From: Paramoeba atlantica
Taxonomy: Eukaryota > Protista > Discosea
DNA: 64,000 bases
Reading direction: 5' to 3'
Assembly: GCA_977017575.1 (NCBI GenBank)
Contig: CDRNVI010000147.1
Span: 3,160-67,159 of the forward strand
Shown here: positions 61,687-64,000 of the stretch, in pieces
Position numbering within the stretch: position 1 is the stretch's first letter
Layout: every line of letters begins with the position of its first letter
The notes under the pieces: generated by a model
Told to the model about the DNA's origin: nothing
Database searches by the model: none
What the model saw: the letters and a program-made list of their open reading frames with translations, nothing else
Position numbers and translations under genes: made by a program

Positions 61687-63231
61687 ATGGTATATATAAA
61701 AAAAAAAAAACTTCACAGCGTTAAGCCAAAGAAGACAGCAAGAGTAAGAGTAGCCACACACACGGATCCCACGTTATCTCCGAACTGGGCTGATCAAGGC
61801 GTACATGAGAATCCTCCTGTTGACCCTCACAATTCCAATATTATTAAGCTAAAAGGGATAAAATATAATCAGATTGGTAGGGGGCACTGTGATTCCGAGG
61901 TTGAAGCTTCGGAACAAGATATGTCGTCCGAGACTGATTCCGAGCCGTTCTCTTTGAAAGAAGGTAGTGGCATTGATATCGACGACGCGGAAAACTCTCA
62001 GGATTCAGATATCATGTCTTTGGACGAAAGAGATGAACAAACCAACTTTGCCAAAGCTCCTGATCGAGTATACAACATTGTGTCAGAATGGGGAAAAGGC
62101 ACGACGTGCGAAATTCAATGGAGCTTCCGACGCAACGATACAAAATTCCACTCCATAGGCGAGGTTGTGAAAAGAACGTCCCGGCGAGAAAAAGTAAAGA
62201 TCCAAATTGCGTATAAACCGGAAGATGGACAGGAAGGAACGTCGGGAATACTTTATCTTCCACAGTCGGAAAAAATTCGGATCTGGTCTCTCCACGCCCT
62301 GCAAGAAAACAAGGTTTCAGTGTCAAACATGTTCAAAGTTGAAGTGGAAGAAACATGCCCTGAGAGCGACCTAAAATTGGACCTTGATCCGCTTCCACAA
62401 ATGGCTCAAATTGACCCATCTTTCGCTGTTCATGTCGTTGCAATCTTTCGCTCCATCGTACGCGAATATCCCAAGACACAAATGGAGTCCGAGAAAACAG
62501 CGATTTGGCATAAGCTCTTAAATGCTCCGCGTGATTCTTTGGCGACGGTTCGTCAAAAGATACAGAGAAGTCAAAGTAGCGTAAGAAGAGTCAAGCGAAA
62601 GGAATTGGTGCCGGATGAAGAATCTCTCAGTGAAGAGCAACGTCTGGAGTTGGAAATAGATCGCCGCTCCATAAGAAATGCACTTCAAACTGCGAAGGCA
62701 GGGAATGTAGGAAAGGCCACACGTGTGCTAGACAATGTATATCGAGATTCTTCTTTACAGCCAGGAGAGAAAGCGTCAAAGCTGAAAGAGCTCCACCCGA
62801 CAGGTCCATCACCTCAGTTTCTAGAAGGCGATTTTCCGCGAACAGCTATTGTTGAGCCGTCTGAACTGCGCCTTGCAACGGAGAAACTGTCGAAGGGAGC
62901 TTCACCTGGACCGACGGGTTTTAGTGAGAGTATGATGCGACTTTTGATCGACGATGAAGAGGCGTGCCTAGCACTCTGTCACATGTTTCGAGATGTCATA
63001 AATGGAGATGTGACTGAGACCGTCCGAGATCGCTTAACCCGGTGTCGAATTATAGCTCTTGCTAAACCAAACAATGGCATCCGACCTGTGGCCATGGGGG
63101 ATACAATTCTCAAAATTTGCGGATCAATCCTCTTGGAAAGACATGGAAGCACACTGAAACCCCTTTTTCAACCATTGCAGCGAGGCATACTGCAGCAGAA
63201 TGCATGTGAATCCATAGTGCACGAGCTCTAA
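61687..63231 (+). pseudogene. 3'-truncated CRE-like element (N-terminal domain plus start of RT)
   Basis: WGKGT..FLYLP domain, ELHP, GASPGPTG, RPVAMG; ends at CESIVHEL* before the catalytic motifs. Confidence 0.88.
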
Positions 63232-63697
63232 TAGTCCACGTTTTGAAATTTAGCCGAGGGGCTGTTATGTATTTGCCTGCTGGCCCTTCGGGGCACATAG
63301 TTTCTTCGAATTATGATTTGTATTCAGAATTTTACATGGGATGGGTATTTACTATTATCTTATATATCCTTGTTAGGTTGTTATTTTACTTCGCTTTAAG
63401 TTTTTGCGGCAGGTTGGCCGAGGGTTCCGGTGGGAGGGAATCCCGTTAACAACGTGACACATGATTATTGGTTTTATGCAGGCTTTCTTTTGAACTATGT
63501 TTGTGCATGTGAATTCTATCTATATATCGTATTATGTGTTCTTTGATTTTGGGACGATTTGGAAGTGTGATTATATTAGTCATAGGTATTTACTTATATT
63601 TGTTTGTTACTTATTTCATTTTCCGTGCGTTCAGTATCCTACACTTCGCTATATACGTTGACAACGCCTGCGTAGCGAAAACTACGAAATTCAGTGA

Positions 63698-63887
63698 GCT
63701 TCGCAAATTGCTTCCCACTAACGACGCACAGGGGAACCCTACGCGGGGTACGGCTCAGGCCCGCTCACGCGGGCCCTCGCCGTTTCGCGGCCGCGCGCAC
63801 CCCCGCTCACGCGGGGGCCCCCGCGCGGCCAAAATGGGTACTAAAATTTGTTATCAAGGTAGTTGGGCTTCGCAAATTGCTTCCCAC
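63698..63887 (-). repeat. 190-bp GC-rich module, copy 4
   Basis: Reverse complement of 59211-59400, with shared flanks on both sides. Confidence 0.92.
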
Positions 63888-63972
63888 GAATGGGTACTAA
63901 AATTTGTTATCAAGGTAGTTGGTCAAGATTATCAAGTAGTTATCAGTTGGGCCTTTCTTCCTCCTCCGTGGA

Positions 63973-63988
63973 TTTCTGTACCTTGTTG
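63973..63988 (+). other. SL-like relic at the window edge (probable start of the next element)
   Basis: TTTCTGTACCTTGTTG. Confidence 0.65.
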
Positions 63989-64000
63989 TTTCGGGTAGGG

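Overview
Eukaryotic, repeat-saturated 64-kb window with no recognisable housekeeping gene. Positions 1-17.1 kb are a near-perfect 18-bp tandem array (AATACAAAAAGTGGTCTT). It is interrupted by two identical 1.3-kb TIR elements with 8-bp TSDs (non-autonomous, Merlin-like ends) and by a 342-bp insert. The rest is a nest of retroelements: several CRE-like non-LTR elements (RT plus restriction-like endonuclease), a tyrosine-recombinase element with YR-RT-RNase H order (VIPER/TATE-like), fragments of an RTE-like element with C-terminal RNase H, a 22-copy 748-bp array of that RNase H ORF, and a ~177-bp satellite. Most striking observations: (1) most CRE-like ORFs start 23-44 nt after a 5'-truncated copy of a 39-nt kinetoplastid/diplonemid-type spliced leader, suggesting a euglenozoan host and retrotransposition through trans-spliced mRNA; (2) three element ORFs carry an Ataxin-2/Pbp1 LsmAD-like domain; (3) the RNase H array junction contains an inverted 60-bp piece templated from downstream DNA. 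All family assignments come from motif recognition by eye; no database searches were run.
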